Below, piece after piece: positions 9,377-21,591 of a stretch of 64,000 nucleotides of DNA; within the stretch, counting starts at the first letter, position 1, and each line of letters opens with the position of its first letter. A program made the position numbers and the translations under genes. The DNA lies in contig CP000069.1 of assembly GCA_000002445.1 (NCBI GenBank), positions 224,001 through 288,000 on the forward strand. The letters run 5' to 3'. This stretch comes from Trypanosoma brucei. Lineage: Eukaryota. The notes under the pieces are model-generated. The model saw only the letters and a list, made by a program, of their open reading frames with translations. It had not been told where the DNA came from and searched no databases.

Positions 9377-11225
9377 TCAGACCACGCAAGCACGTCCTGT
9401 ATGTTGCTCCTGAAGGTTGACCACGCCCTCTTTGGTAAGCCCCACCGTATTTCTCATTGCTTCGATGGTTATTTTGTAGTAATTTGTTCCCGTATCATCT
9501 CTCTGCCTCCCGTATGGGTCGTCACAAAATCCCTTCCGCATTTGGATGTTAGCGTGTTCGGCGGCGTATTCCTCTGACCTGACATTTTCCCCCGCTGTCT
9601 CCTCAATTTCCACACCTCTACGGTTGCACGCCCTTACATCCTTTGATCGTCTCCACTGAACTTCCCATAATTTTTTCCCCGCTTCTAGGATGTCTTCATG
9701 GCCTCCCGGCGTTTGGACTCAACGTATTGGCGAGGTTGCGGATGCTTACGACAAGTTTCATGGCAGTGGTGGAACCGAAAAACGCTACCTTTGCTGCTTG
9801 CCGTATTTTCGCGTTCCACGCCCCTGGTATCCTTGTCGTCCGCGGTCCTTTCCCCCGCGCCCTCGGCCGTTGTGGCCCCTTCTTTATTATATGGATGAAG
9901 TTTGGAGGTATGAGACTTTGGCGACACCGACGTTGGGTATGCTTTGGTAGGGCAAGGGCAAATTATGGTCTCTCTTCTTTGCTCCTCCGCCGTTTTAGCG
10001 TTCCTTTTTTCCACCCTCTCCACGGAAACTATTTTCATCGCTTTCTTCCGGTCTCGTGGCCCTGTCCTTGCACCCTTGACGGCGGGTTTCTACGCGTCGT
10101 TTTAGCTGGTGTTTCAGAAACTCAGTATTCGTGCGCAAGAGGCACCTTCGTGCATTTCCTTCTCCCAGTCTTATCCCTTCATCGCCATATTCACTGCTTC
10201 CCGCTGGAGTGTCGCATTTTCCACCACTTCCCAATGGCAGGGTCAAATCTTTCTTCCTATAGTGATAGAGGCAAATGTGTCACTTATACCAGTTTGTAAC
10301 TGGTTGTTCTTTGGTCCTTGTGAGCATTTCCTTGCACTCTCCCAGATTATTCCTAGGCTTCTTCGCCTCGTTTTGTTCATCGCTTCTGGTTTGAACCTCC
10401 CTCATGTCTGTTCGTATGTTTTTTAAAGTTTGTCACATTTCCGGGGAGTGCCCCGCTCACACAAAACACATTGATAGCATCCGTGGCGCACACGAGGGAT
10501 TTCACAGCATCTTTTAAAGCCTTCCCATGCGTCTGCCACTTCTGCCCACTCGTGTCCCTCAACTATGTCACTCATGGTTGATCCTTATCAGTGGACGATA
10601 AAGTTACATTCTGTGCCCATCACTGGATCGCGAACTCTCTCTGCCTTAGCCTCGGGGGCTATCAATAGCGTGCTTAATTCGTTGGCAAGCGCTTCGTTGT
10701 ATTGTTTCTCCTTTTCAACGCCTTCAATTTGGTATTTACACAATCGACATTTGCTGAAACACTTATCAGGGAGGGAGGCTGTTCCACAGGTCTCGCCAAG
10801 TTGTTCCGGGGGTGCGAATATGAAATTGTTAAAGGGCGAGATTTCTTTTATTCCGGCATGCGATCGCTTCTTTAGTAGAGACTCGATGTGACCGAGAAAG
10901 TTTCTCCTGCACGTGTTTGTCCCAATCCCAGCTTCGAGCGCAGCATATCCCTCGTTACGCTTCTGCTTTATGTCTCCCACCAAAACATCAATTTTACATA
11001 TTAGGTGTGTCATTCTGCAGTTGTTTCTTCCACTGCAATCTCATCTGTTATTGCACTGTCTTTCCAAACAACGTGGTGGAAGAAAATAAGCTGCATAGAA
11101 ATCACCTCATTCTTTTTACTGACCGTGAAAATCACCCTTCCATACGCGGCTCGGGATTCCATCATCCGCGCGACTCGGTCTTTCATTGTTTCCAGTAGCG
11201 TATTTAGCACCTTTTCAATTGGCAC
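9377..11225 (-). pseudogene. Probable decayed gene: six abutting minus-strand ORF fragments in shifting frames (11225-11010, 11013-10588, 10562-10377, 10246-9995, 10038-9685, 9613-9377); identity unknown
   Basis: The ORF track shows near-continuous minus-strand coverage over ~1.85 kb with frame changes at the fragment junctions. Composition is less biased than the flanking spacer. One fragment carries a CFSKCRLC (C-x3-C-x2-C) motif. There is no intact ORF. Confidence 0.3.
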
Positions 11226-14071
11226 CGGTTCTGCACGATGACTGCATCCTAATATTCAGATGTCCCTTTAATCCTGTACTTTTCCATGTTGCCGAAGATT
11301 ATCGTTTCTGCAGTGGACTAACTGCCTAAACTCACCAGTTCATTTGTTGAAACTTTTCAGTCCGTCTTATTGAATATCCCTATTCTTTGCGGCGCATGAG
11401 CCTTCCTCCATTCGTCTTTTGCCTTTGCTTTTATACCCACCCGCGTATGGCAAATTTGTGTGCACTCTGGAGCCAATGTCCAAGGAGCTTTAAGTATGGA
11501 GTACACCTTGATTTTTGGTGTCGGAGCACCATCCCTCCACTGAATTCAGCCATTCAGGTATTGGATGACTTCTAGGATATTGCCGGTTTATTATGTCTGA
11601 AAAGCATCCTCTTATAGCGTTTGACATGGGGCGGTATTCCGTCGCCCTCTTGTTTGCCACTTTTCAAACAAATATCACTCGAGCTTATTTGGGCACACCT
11701 TGTTTTTGCGTGCTACGAAATCTCGGAAATCGTATGCGTTGTTTGGGGCTGTGTGCTTTCCACCCTCTCCCCGCTTGAAGTGTTGACGGAGAATCACTTA
11801 AAAGGAATGCCGTAGTTCATCTTTGCATGGATAAGTCCAGAGTGGAAGGCTGCAAACGGTTCCGTCTGGGGAGCCCTGTTCGGCTAGCACTACGGCATTG
11901 AGCGTCCGTAATCTTGTCCTTCCTAATCTTGTCGTTTGTTAAGCGTGCTTCGACGTTTTTTTTTCTTTTTGACGGAGGGCAAACGATGATGTTTTCTCAA
12001 GATCGCACTTCAATGACAGCATACTCTTTAAGGGTGGCTTGGCTGCATCATCAACCGGACGAAAGATCATTCGAGGAAGCGTGCGGTGAAACGAACGCTC
12101 GTTGTTACGGGATGGTGACGCGAAATTTGGCGGATATGCCGCGTGTTGGAAGAGAGAACAAAAGGCGCAGAGATTTGTGAATTACTGTGCCTCACCGTTC
12201 AGCCTGTCAACAACAGATGGGGGCACGTTTTGGCAGCGTCCACAAAGCCCAGGCTGGAGGTTGTTGAACGCGAGAGCGGCACCCCCGCCGTCGAGGGGCT
12301 GAAGACAAGACGTTATGTGAGCATTTTATCTCGGACCAGTGAAAGCGTAGGTGTGCCACAGGATGGGGTCCACTTTGTTCTCCACCACCTCGTGCAGAGG
12401 AAATATGTTGAAGGTGCGGAGTCAAGCGATCAACATCGTGCCGTCGGTGCTGAAATAGTGAAAAAGGGAGAACAACATGCTGAAGGAGGCGCGGCACACA
12501 ACCGGATGATGGAGCTCAACGGCGGATTTGTTTGGGCGATATCACCGGCAAAGTGTGCCCCCGAGGACTACGCGTCTGTTTGGGGTTAGCTACTATAAAG
12601 GATCAACGCCGCCTCATGGGTGAATGGGGCGCTGCAGTGCACAGGGTACCCCCGCCGCGGCTGGGAGAAAAGTTCCGAATGCAAGCCTCTCCGCCCGGTG
12701 ACGAATACAGCTGAACACGACATGGGGCATGGGGCAAAGGTGAATATGGTTGAATACTTGATAGTGGGGGTTGCGCAGGCGAGGGCGTATAAAAATCAGG
12801 TGCGCAAAGAGGCTGGTCAAAACGCCTGGCACTTTCAGGAATCATGGAAAAAAAAGCATGAGGATCATGAACGGTGGAAGCGGACAATATGAGCACGGGA
12901 AAATGGGGCGAGGGGAGGGTTGACAACAGGGAACAATACCCTTGCTGCCCCACAAAACGTATTGCGGGACGGCGTCTCGCAGAAGGGGGAAATATCCATC
13001 CACTGCGCAACTGACTCGGCAAGTCGCTCAAACACTGTAAAACACTGCCCCAATCGAGGCGACCACGTCTCGGCAGGAGGATGACCACTATTCCATTTCT
13101 TCCACATCAAGAGGTTCCTCCACATGTTAGCCACGTCCACGTGTGTGTGCGTATTTGTAAACCCCAGAAGTCCAGTCCACATAATAGCGGGCCCGAGTTC
13201 ATGCCCAAACCCTCTCGGAAACTTACGTTGTACAGCATGCGCTAATGCCGGTATCCATGACGGGCCCCGCCGCAGCTGCCGTGTGGGATGCTAAAAGTGT
13301 AAGAGGCACTAAAAAGCGACCCATTCGTTTGTTGTTGTTTTTTTCTGTTTTCTTTTCAAATCTTTGTGTCGTGAAATTATACGCGTATCCGAAGAGGCTC
13401 CCAACATCCTTATCCCTTCCCCGAGGGCGTGCATCGCTCAGAAGCACTAAAGCAAGTACCACTTCTCCTACGGGCAGCACCTGGTCTGATTGTTGGAGAA
13501 AACCCACACCAACAGTTGTGGGGGTGGTTGTGTGTATTTGGCCGCGTTCGGATGCCCCGGAACATCTCTGCGTTAAGTTTCTTCACCGGAAAGCGGCCAC
13601 CAGATTCATAAAATGCTCCCACCCGAGCGGCCACAATATCGGGAAGAGAGGCATCACGCCGGTGTGATGCGTATTAGAAGAGGGAAGCTGCAACACTTTT
13701 GTGGCTTCAGATTAAAAAAAAAAAGCGGGGGAGAATGGCAGCACCTACTGGAAACCTGCGGTAGAGGGAGCAAAACAACAACAAGAGGGGAATATGGCGG
13801 CAGTGCGGGCAAAGGGATCCCGCGCACCGGCAGCCGTTTATTTCTCTCCTTTACTTTCAGATATTCAGTAGCAAAGTTGCAGCGAAAGTGAAAGTTCTAC
13901 GGGTACTCGTGGGCGCTGCGATACGCATTTCGTACAAAAAGAAGTTTTCTCCCCTCTAGCATCTTCATCGCTATCCTGGGGTTAAACTAAAACGCATCTG
14001 TTGGAATAAAATTAGATTGAAAAAAACACACGCATAAATGTTCACGACTCTTAGGTTTAACGATGTGCAAC

Positions 14072-15094
14072 CTACGCCGTGTTGGGTGCAAGAGGAATGC
14101 CAGCAGAACCGCCATCCTCGATGCCGCATTCGCTACTTCCGCGGCGGATGAGAAAGTAACCGTCCATTCCCCACTCGGTGTTCCAGCTGTTGGCAATCTT
14201 CCAGTACGGCACTCCGTTTGATGTGCCCCACCCAACGAGCCTCACCGCATGTCCTCCGAGATATTGTCCTGAAACGTGGTGGTAGACGCCGCTGTTGTAG
14301 GCGATGAAGTCTTCGTAGACATCAAACGCCACCTCAAATGGACCGCGGAAGAACAACTCACGCATGTAGTCATCCTCTCCTTGAAGCGCATAGCTCGTCC
14401 AGGAACGGTAGTTGACAACGGGGATTGTCGGGTCATCGCACGTGTAATTGCACTTGGGCGTGTCAAAGTTGAACTGAGAACAGGGAGGGTACCCATTTTT
14501 GCTTTTGCTGTGGTGTGAGCAATGGGGAAATGGGTAGGGTTGGCAGTAGTCCGAAACGAGGCCTGTTGAGCTAAAGTACGCCCACGCCCTATCCGGATCG
14601 CCACCATTACAGCCATCGCCACAATCACTGCAGCACGCAAGCAAGTCACCTGCTGAGATATGGACGTCCTGCACACCCCCCATCGTACAAAATCGGTCGG
14701 ACATGGCTGAGGCCGCAGCGACTGCCCAGCAGGAGCCACAGGCGGACTGATCTGCAATTTGTGGGATGGTGGGGCAGTTGGGCCAAGCTTCAGCGGAATC
14801 GAAGCTGCTGGGAAGCGGGGCACGTGCCTCTTCCTCGGTGAATCGCCTCTTCGGAAGGATGCTGGCGTTATTATTCTTTTTAATAACACCGTTGAGCCGC
14901 TTCGCCTCGCGCAATGTTATGTTTTGCATGACGCCATCGTACTTCGCCTTCCAAATCCCGCGGTTGAGGCGGTTCACGCGGTCGACGAAAGCCTTGGAGA
15001 GGACGGGCGCGTCTTCAGCAACGAGGGCGGCGTTTACGGCGACTACAGCCGTCGAAGCGATACAAAATGTGATGCAGGCACGCATGAGATGCAT
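14072..15094 (-). CDS. CatB: Cathepsin B-like cysteine peptidase (papain family C1), 340 aa
   Basis: ATG verified at 15094. Signal peptide; active-site Cys motif CGSCWAVAAASAMSDRFC; occluding-loop region; His motif GGHAVRLVGWG; Asn motif YWKIANSWNTEWGMDGYF. Fits the Tb927.6.560 position. Confidence 0.93.
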   Translation of the reverse strand: MHLMRACITFCIASTAVVAVNAALVAEDAPVLSKAFVDRVNRLNRGIWKAKYDGVMQNITLREAKRLNGVIKKNNNASILPKRRFTEEEARAPLPSSFDSAEAWPNCPTIPQIADQSACGSCWAVAAASAMSDRFCTMGGVQDVHISAGDLLACCSDCGDGCNGGDPDRAWAYFSSTGLVSDYCQPYPFPHCSHHSKSKNGYPPCSQFNFDTPKCNYTCDDPTIPVVNYRSWTSYALQGEDDYMRELFFRGPFEVAFDVYEDFIAYNSGVYHHVSGQYLGGHAVRLVGWGTSNGVPYWKIANSWNTEWGMDGYFLIRRGSSECGIEDGGSAGIPLAPNTA

Positions 15095-15438
15095 GTGTCA
15101 CCGGATTTGTACGGGTCTGCAAGTTCGATGTTGTCGTTGCCCCTCTGTGGAGCTGTCGTATACACTTTTTTTTTCTCCCTTAAAAAGAAAAAAACAGAAA
15201 GGAAAATCACTTGTTTTGCCCCCGGGTTGCTCAGATTAAACAGTGGAGGGGTTGGGTGGAGAGGGAATGGGGAGAGGATGTGAAGGAAGATAGGGGGAAT
15301 CATGCGGGTAAATAGCCTCCAATACTCAGTTTCGTCCATGAAAACCTGCGTTCGTATCTAATAAGGAGGAAATGTGGTGAGAGGAGGGGTGATGCGTTCC
15401 AGAGCGCACCCAGCGCTCAATGCGAGGTCAGTGGAGCT

Positions 15439-15804
15439 TCATGTCCAAAGACACCTTTCATTTACTTTACATTTTTGCAAGTCAACCCTCTCTAGTAAAC
15501 TTTCCGGGAACCCGCCCTCGTCAACAATGCCATCTCGCAACTTGATGTAGTATGGCCAACGCAAACCCTCAATCATTACGCGGTAAGTAGCCGCATCGTC
15601 GGCGTCCCCCCTTCCGTTTTGATTTGGTGCACGCGTGATGTCGGCATTAATGTAAACGGCAGATTCCGGTGCAGCGTTCGTTGGGCGGGAGAAAACGAAA
15701 CGGTACACGCCTGGTGTGGACGGGTGCTCGGAGGCTGTGAATGTGTAGCGCATCCCTTGTTCGTCGAATGCCGCTGCAAGGCGTTGCAGCTCGTTCAGTT
15801 CCAT
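15439..15804 (-). CDS. Hypothetical protein, 121 aa (MELNELQRLAAAFDEQGMRY...)
   Basis: The ORF is open to 15981, but the upstream 59 codons read through a polypyrimidine tract (PPPPPP). The first ATG after the tract, verified at 15804, is taken as the start. Confidence 0.55.
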   Translation of the reverse strand: MELNELQRLAAAFDEQGMRYTFTASEHPSTPGVYRFVFSRPTNAAPESAVYINADITRAPNQNGRGDADDAATYRVMIEGLRWPYYIKLRDGIVDEGGFPESLLERVDLQKCKVNERCLWT

Positions 15805-16266
15805 GCTACCGTCGCAGTTACAGTAGTAGTTGCTGTTGTCGCCGTCAAGGCTACGCGTTGTGGGATATAAACAAAGCAATTCACGAGGAGGAGGAGGAGG
15901 GGGAGAGAGAGAGTGTGTGTGTGTGTAGAGATAATGTAAAAGGATTGATAGATTCAAGTTTATCAGTTCGACAAGGGGCAAAAGTTTAAGGAAAAGGGAT
16001 CATTGCTTGTTCCGCTGTACCGACAGCGTGGATCGCGCGCTCAGTGTGAGATGAAGGGAAACCAGGAGCAGGCTCGGTAGATGATTTTCCTGAGTGCCAT
16101 ACGCAGGAGACGAGTACGAGCTTCACTACTTTACCAACACTGGGAACACTTATAGCTCACTTTTTCATCTGTTGGCTCTACGGCAGAAGTTTACCACTCG
16201 ACAGATGCATCCACTGTACACACGCCCCCCACTCTTGGTTATGGAACCGTTCGTGGCGGTGAGTCA

Positions 16267-18057
16267 TCAAAGCACATCTTCACTCAGCAAATTGGCCAAA
16301 GCATTTGCTCCCGTGGCCTCACAATACTCCTTGAGGTGCTTTCGCTTCTCTTTTGGTATGAGGCACGGTATCGAAGTTCTCATGACCTCTTGCACGATGT
16401 TGCTTCCGGTGGAGGGGCCGTGCAGAAGTCCCTGCAAAATGCCATCCCACGCATGTAGACCCCGTGGCGACACCTCTTCTACAGCAAAGAGATGCGCAAG
16501 AAACTGTGATGTGCTTTCGGTTACCTCCCGCCTCAGTTTTTCACGCCAGCGTGTCATTTTCCCGAGTTGAGCGGCGGAGACGTCTTTCTCCCCACAATGT
16601 TCGCAAAAACGCTCACGCCACTCCTCCGCTGCAGAGCAGACGGCTTGTACCGAATCTAGCAAGTGAAATGATGTTATAATCAACTCGGCGCGCGTTTCAC
16701 ACAGCGACGCTGCCTCTTCCTTGGCATCTTCGAGGTGTTGCATGAACATAACTAAAGATGGAACCACAACGGAATTCCATGTGATAATCACGCAGGCTGG
16801 AAGGAGGGCAAAAACGACGGCCAACCGACGCAAGATGGCCTCAAGACACCGAAGCATATGATACGTCCCCCGAACTGCCTTTAGCGTTGCAGTTTGATCC
16901 GTGAGCGTCGGTGAGTTTGTAAGAAACTCGAGTCGCCACAGCACCTGATGCCCTGACGCAAAGGCTTTGCAAACAAATGAACGTGCGGCTTCCGCGTAGG
17001 TGCAAAAAATATCCGGGGAGATCAACCGCTCTACAATGCCCGCTTGCGCACCAAGGTGTACAATTCCACCAGATTTGGTTAGAAAGTCTACAAGACAATT
17101 TACACCGTGAATTGTAAAATCCTTCACCGAAAGGTAACCAGACTCCTCGTGCCATCCATAGGCGCTGCGGAAGACTGACACGGCCGTTGCCGCAAGGGCT
17201 GCGCTTCCAAGCGCAATTAATGTGTTGACGCCATCTTGTTCCCCAATCCCTTCGGGGGCCCACCCGTGCGCACGGGCGTTGTTAACCAGGCGTGTGTAGA
17301 TCTGCTGGAGAAACAAGAAAAAGTGCTGTGGCTCCTCCCTCCGTGCTGTGTTCTTTCCTTCTTGAAAGTGGTAAACCAACTCCTTCTCTAGTGGTTCAAC
17401 CTCTTTCTGTATAAAGGGAAGCAATATGTCATAAAGTTCAACTTTCCACCCACACCGCTTTAACCACGCAATTCGGTCGCTCCCGTCAAAACCCGAAAGG
17501 TGAAGATGTAACAGTAACGACACGGCACGGGCGTAAAAGCCCCTATAGAAACTAAGCGGCATCAGTGCATCCTTCTCCACTTCACTACCATCAGTGTCAG
17601 CCGTTGAAGTCAAAACATTAAACAATGGCCCCAGGGCTTGCACAGTTTGGCTGGCGCTTTCCTTCAGCCCCACCTGTCGACGCCCCGCCATGAGTGATCG
17701 CAGAAAGTTGCTCAATTCACTTTCCACCGCCGTCCATTTCACAGCACCGGGACCGCTATCCATCGCAAGGTTCAGCAGCCGAGTCACTTCTGAGGCGTGA
17801 GGGGTGTTTTCTCGCCGCTCGAAGCGCTGCTGCTGCTGCTGCTGCTGCAACTCTTGTTGGCTACACAGTTGCTTATGTTGCTCTTGGCATTCCTGGCCGG
17901 GATCCCGCACATGATCGGAGAGTTCCTTCAGAATTCCCGGTAGGCAGTCGACCATGCGAGTACTTCTGTCTTCAGTGAGTTTAAGCATAAGTTCCTCCAA
18001 AAGTGCATTGTCCAACTGCGTGAATGAGTTAACGACACCCGACACGAGTTTTATCAT
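16267..18057 (-). CDS. Hypothetical protein, 596 aa, predicted largely alpha-helical; poly-Q stretch near the N-terminus
   Basis: Long intact ORF, ATG verified at 18057, with a polypyrimidine tract (minus strand) upstream at ~18360..18430. I recognise no family. Confidence 0.75.
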   Translation of the reverse strand: MIKLVSGVVNSFTQLDNALLEELMLKLTEDRSTRMVDCLPGILKELSDHVRDPGQECQEQHKQLCSQQELQQQQQQQRFERRENTPHASEVTRLLNLAMDSGPGAVKWTAVESELSNFLRSLMAGRRQVGLKESASQTVQALGPLFNVLTSTADTDGSEVEKDALMPLSFYRGFYARAVSLLLHLHLSGFDGSDRIAWLKRCGWKVELYDILLPFIQKEVEPLEKELVYHFQEGKNTARREEPQHFFLFLQQIYTRLVNNARAHGWAPEGIGEQDGVNTLIALGSAALAATAVSVFRSAYGWHEESGYLSVKDFTIHGVNCLVDFLTKSGGIVHLGAQAGIVERLISPDIFCTYAEAARSFVCKAFASGHQVLWRLEFLTNSPTLTDQTATLKAVRGTYHMLRCLEAILRRLAVVFALLPACVIITWNSVVVPSLVMFMQHLEDAKEEAASLCETRAELIITSFHLLDSVQAVCSAAEEWRERFCEHCGEKDVSAAQLGKMTRWREKLRREVTESTSQFLAHLFAVEEVSPRGLHAWDGILQGLLHGPSTGSNIVQEVMRTSIPCLIPKEKRKHLKEYCEATGANALANLLSEDVL

Positions 18058-18935
18058 TCCTTCACTGCCACTATGCCGCCGCTCCCCCCCACCCCCTTCT
18101 TTCCTTTAATTGCTGTCTCACAACTGTTTGGGCGCCGTATCAGATAAATACAAATTATTTTGGTGCGTGAAACAAAAGGTGTATATAGCTGAACGCAGGG
18201 GCAACAACGATCAATCTGGGAAACCAAACTTCACGGTAACGTTAGGAGCGGCTGAACTGCATGCAGCAGTTCGTGTCAATGAACAAATCTGTCTTACCCT
18301 TTCCTTCTTGTTTTACCTGTTGGTTTGCTGCACGTGTATTGACGAGTAATAATAAAGGAGACGGGGTGAGGGGAGGAGGAGGAGGAGGAAATAACCATGA
18401 TGACAATAACAAGGTGGCGGCGGAAGCAGCAGGTGACGGGTATCAACAGACAAACAAACAGTCACCTAATTTAACTCGCCCCAACAAAAATATCGCCCTG
18501 TTCTGAATGAGCGGTGTAAAGCCCTCACAGACACCAATTTCATTTCGTCTTTTTCTTTGCGTCAAAAGAGAGATAGAGAGATACGGAACGAAAAAGGACG
18601 AGCCGAAGGTACCACCCTCCATGACGGCCACACACAACTGAGATGAGGAAAATATCATGTAAAAAAAAAAATAACACCCAAAGTGACACTCTCATCCCCC
18701 TTCCTCCATCTCTTTCGTGCCGCCTGATATTCCTATACAACAAATTCCACTAAATGACAAGCGCGTGATTACGTGCATGGCTCCACCATATCATCCCTTC
18801 TTTCCACATCCGTTCCGTTCCGTTCCATTCCTTTCTTTTCTTTTCTTCCTTTTCTTTCATTTGTTCCCTACACGTTTCCCACACTGCCGTCATCATCTTC
18901 CTCCTTCCCCCTCCTGCTGTGACTCATCATAAGCG

Positions 18936-19232
18936 TTAATACGGATTGTTGCGGTCCTCATCATTACGACGGAACTTATAGGGACGATAACTGAGATGAT
19001 TCTCCACGAGGAACAAATTCCGCGAGCGCTGCGAATACCACGTGCCTAATTGAAAAAGTGGTGACCACCACGGCAAATACCACGGCGCGAGCCACCGCTC
19101 CTTCACATGCAACCACCGGTCGACGTAATGCTGACGTTCAGCGTAAAGTGTGAGGGCCTTCAGGTTTGGGCGGAAGTGATCCGCCGGATTTGACCAAAAA
19201 TCCGACATAACCGCTTCGATGTTTTCAGTCAT
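18936..19232 (-). CDS. Small Trp-rich hypothetical protein, 98 aa (possible mitochondrial/respiratory-complex accessory-type protein; speculative)
   Basis: ATG verified at 19232; clean ORF with non-repetitive composition (WLAPWYLPWWSPLFQLGTWY). A minus-strand polypyrimidine tract lies upstream at ~19500..19560. Confidence 0.5.
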   Translation of the reverse strand: MTENIEAVMSDFWSNPADHFRPNLKALTLYAERQHYVDRWLHVKERWLAPWYLPWWSPLFQLGTWYSQRSRNLFLVENHLSYRPYKFRRNDEDRNNPY

Positions 19233-19689
19233 GTGGGGCCACTGTGGTTTTTTTTCTTCTGTCCTTCCTCTTTTTTTTTTAATTTTTAAAATTCGGGTTG
19301 CTTATGATGCCCTGCAAATATAATATGTATATATTCAATAATAATAATAATATAATTGATTAATATACATACATGTGTGTAAGTATGGTGTGCCATTTAC
19401 GGCAGAGTAAAAACGCATATAATGTTGAGAAGATGTAAAATTGGGAGAAAAAAAAATGCAACAGACTTGAGGAGTTACAGATTTTTTTTACGAAATGTAA
19501 CACAGTGAAACAGGGCCAAAAAAAAAAAACAAAACAAAATTACAAAAAAAAAAGAAGAGGGGGACGAATGGAAGACGTGTATGCGATTGAAACACACAAA
19601 CACACCGGTGAGAAATGGGGGAGAGGGGGTGAAAGTAAAAAAAAAAAGGTACATCAAACACACAAACTTTTCGTTTCATATCTTCATTT

Positions 19690-19691
<2 letters not shown>

Positions 19692-19724
<33 letters not shown>

Positions 19725-19731
19725 CATCGCT
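19692..19731. repeat. (TA)20 microsatellite
   Basis: Direct reading. Confidence 0.95.
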
Positions 19732-21591
19732 TTCTTCCGTTTCTTTTTTTTTAAATCTTTAAATAACGGAACGAGTGTGCATAATTTTATTGTACGCACT
19801 TCGCTCCACTCACTCTGTTTCTTTTCTTTTTTTTCCTTTTGCGTTTGCTTTGAGTTGCCGTGAGAATGAGGGAAATGACGGAGGGGAAATAATAATGATG
19901 AAAAGGATGATGTGACAAGCGGATGGTGGCCCGTTATTATTATTATTATTATTACTATTTTTCTTTTTTCTTTTTTCCCTCAGGATTAAAGGAGGGGGAG
20001 GGAGAAAAGGAAGAGGGACGTGTGATCACCTCATTTTTTTAATATATATTTATATATATATTTTGTGTTCCTCCCTCCGCCGCTTTTCCCTTTATTTTCA
20101 TAAAAGCAATAATACCAATGATAATAATAGTAATAATAATACCAATAATTTAAATAAAAGAGGAAAGAAAAAAAAGAAAGAAAAGAAACCAAGGCGATCT
20201 GCCGAGAGCTTTTTGGAGCTTTGCAACATTTCCCTCCCTTCCCAACCAAAAAGAAAAAAAAGAAAAAAAAACCGCTCACTTCATTTTATTTTAAACTTTT
20301 CTTTTAAATAAAACAATCCCATTTCATACGACCTCTCCCCCTCCTCTCTTTATTATTATTATTATTATCATTATTATTCCTTCACCATATCCTTTTCTTT
20401 TCTTTTTTTTTTGTAGATTTGCATTTTCCCTTTTCCCCATAATTACATTTACTTCGGCGGCAACAGCGGGAAAAAAGAAGACAAAAACCAAACAAAAACA
20501 AATGGAAAAAAAACCAATAAATAAATAAAGGAGATAAGTAAGTGATAATATGTCATGAGATGAATATATGTTTGGTAGAAAAGGAGGGGACAAAAAACAA
20601 CAACAACAAAAAAAAAAAAGAAAAAAAAATCATCAACAACAATAACATCAACACAAAACCCGTGCAAATAAACAATAACACCAACAAAAGAAACACGACG
20701 CTCAAAACCAAAGAAAAAGTACACACGAAACAACAAACAGACAAAAAAAAACAGAAAAGGAGGTGAGAAAAAGGGCAGAGGAAGTTTATATTATTATTAT
20801 TATTATTTAAAAGGTCGGCCCCGCTTTTGCTTTATATATATAAATATATTATTTAATTTATTTTGTTTTGTGCATGTGAGTTCCATGAGGCACACTTACC
20901 CGCTGGCCCTTCCTTCACTCCCCTTTGATATTCATTCCTCATTCATTCATTTAATTATTTTTTCTTGTTTTTTTTTAAAAAAATTTCCCCCTCTACACTG
21001 ATTTAAAATAAATATATAATATATGTACATATATTATTTCATACACTCCGCATAGCTGTCCATCCTCATTTCATTTTGTTTTTTCTCGTTCCGTCATTCT
21101 CTCCGATATCCACACGGCTACAAAAAAAAAAGAAAAGAAAAGAAGAAAAGAAAAGAAAAAAAAAAACAAAAGCACACACACAGATCAAAAATAAGGGGGG
21201 GGGAAACGTAAAAAAAAAAAAAAGACTGAAGGAATAATTAAAAAGAAAAAAAAATTAAACATAATAATAAAGAAGAAAAGAAACAAACAACAAGCGACAA
21301 GGAAAAACAAAAAAAAACAACAAAGAAGTTGGTAATTGACTAGAGCCGAAAATAGCAGAGGTGGTGGGATTAAAAGAAAAAACAAACACAGAACAAAAAG
21401 AAAAAGAAGGAAAGGAAAAATCAAAAAGACTTCTTTTTTTGTTTTTTCTTTTTTTTCCCTCTCCTCCTCCTCCTCCTCCTCTCCTCCTCTCGCAGAAACA
21501 TATATATATATATATATATTTTCTTTCTTTCCTCCTTTCTTTTTCCCTTACCTTCTTTTTATTCACTTCACCTTTTCCCTCATTCCCGCCA

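Noticed and set aside
16267-18057. Tentative assignment of the 596-aa protein to a RINT1/TIP20-like tethering family
   Set aside because: This rests only on a vague impression of helical-repeat content. I could anchor no diagnostic motif, so I left it as hypothetical.
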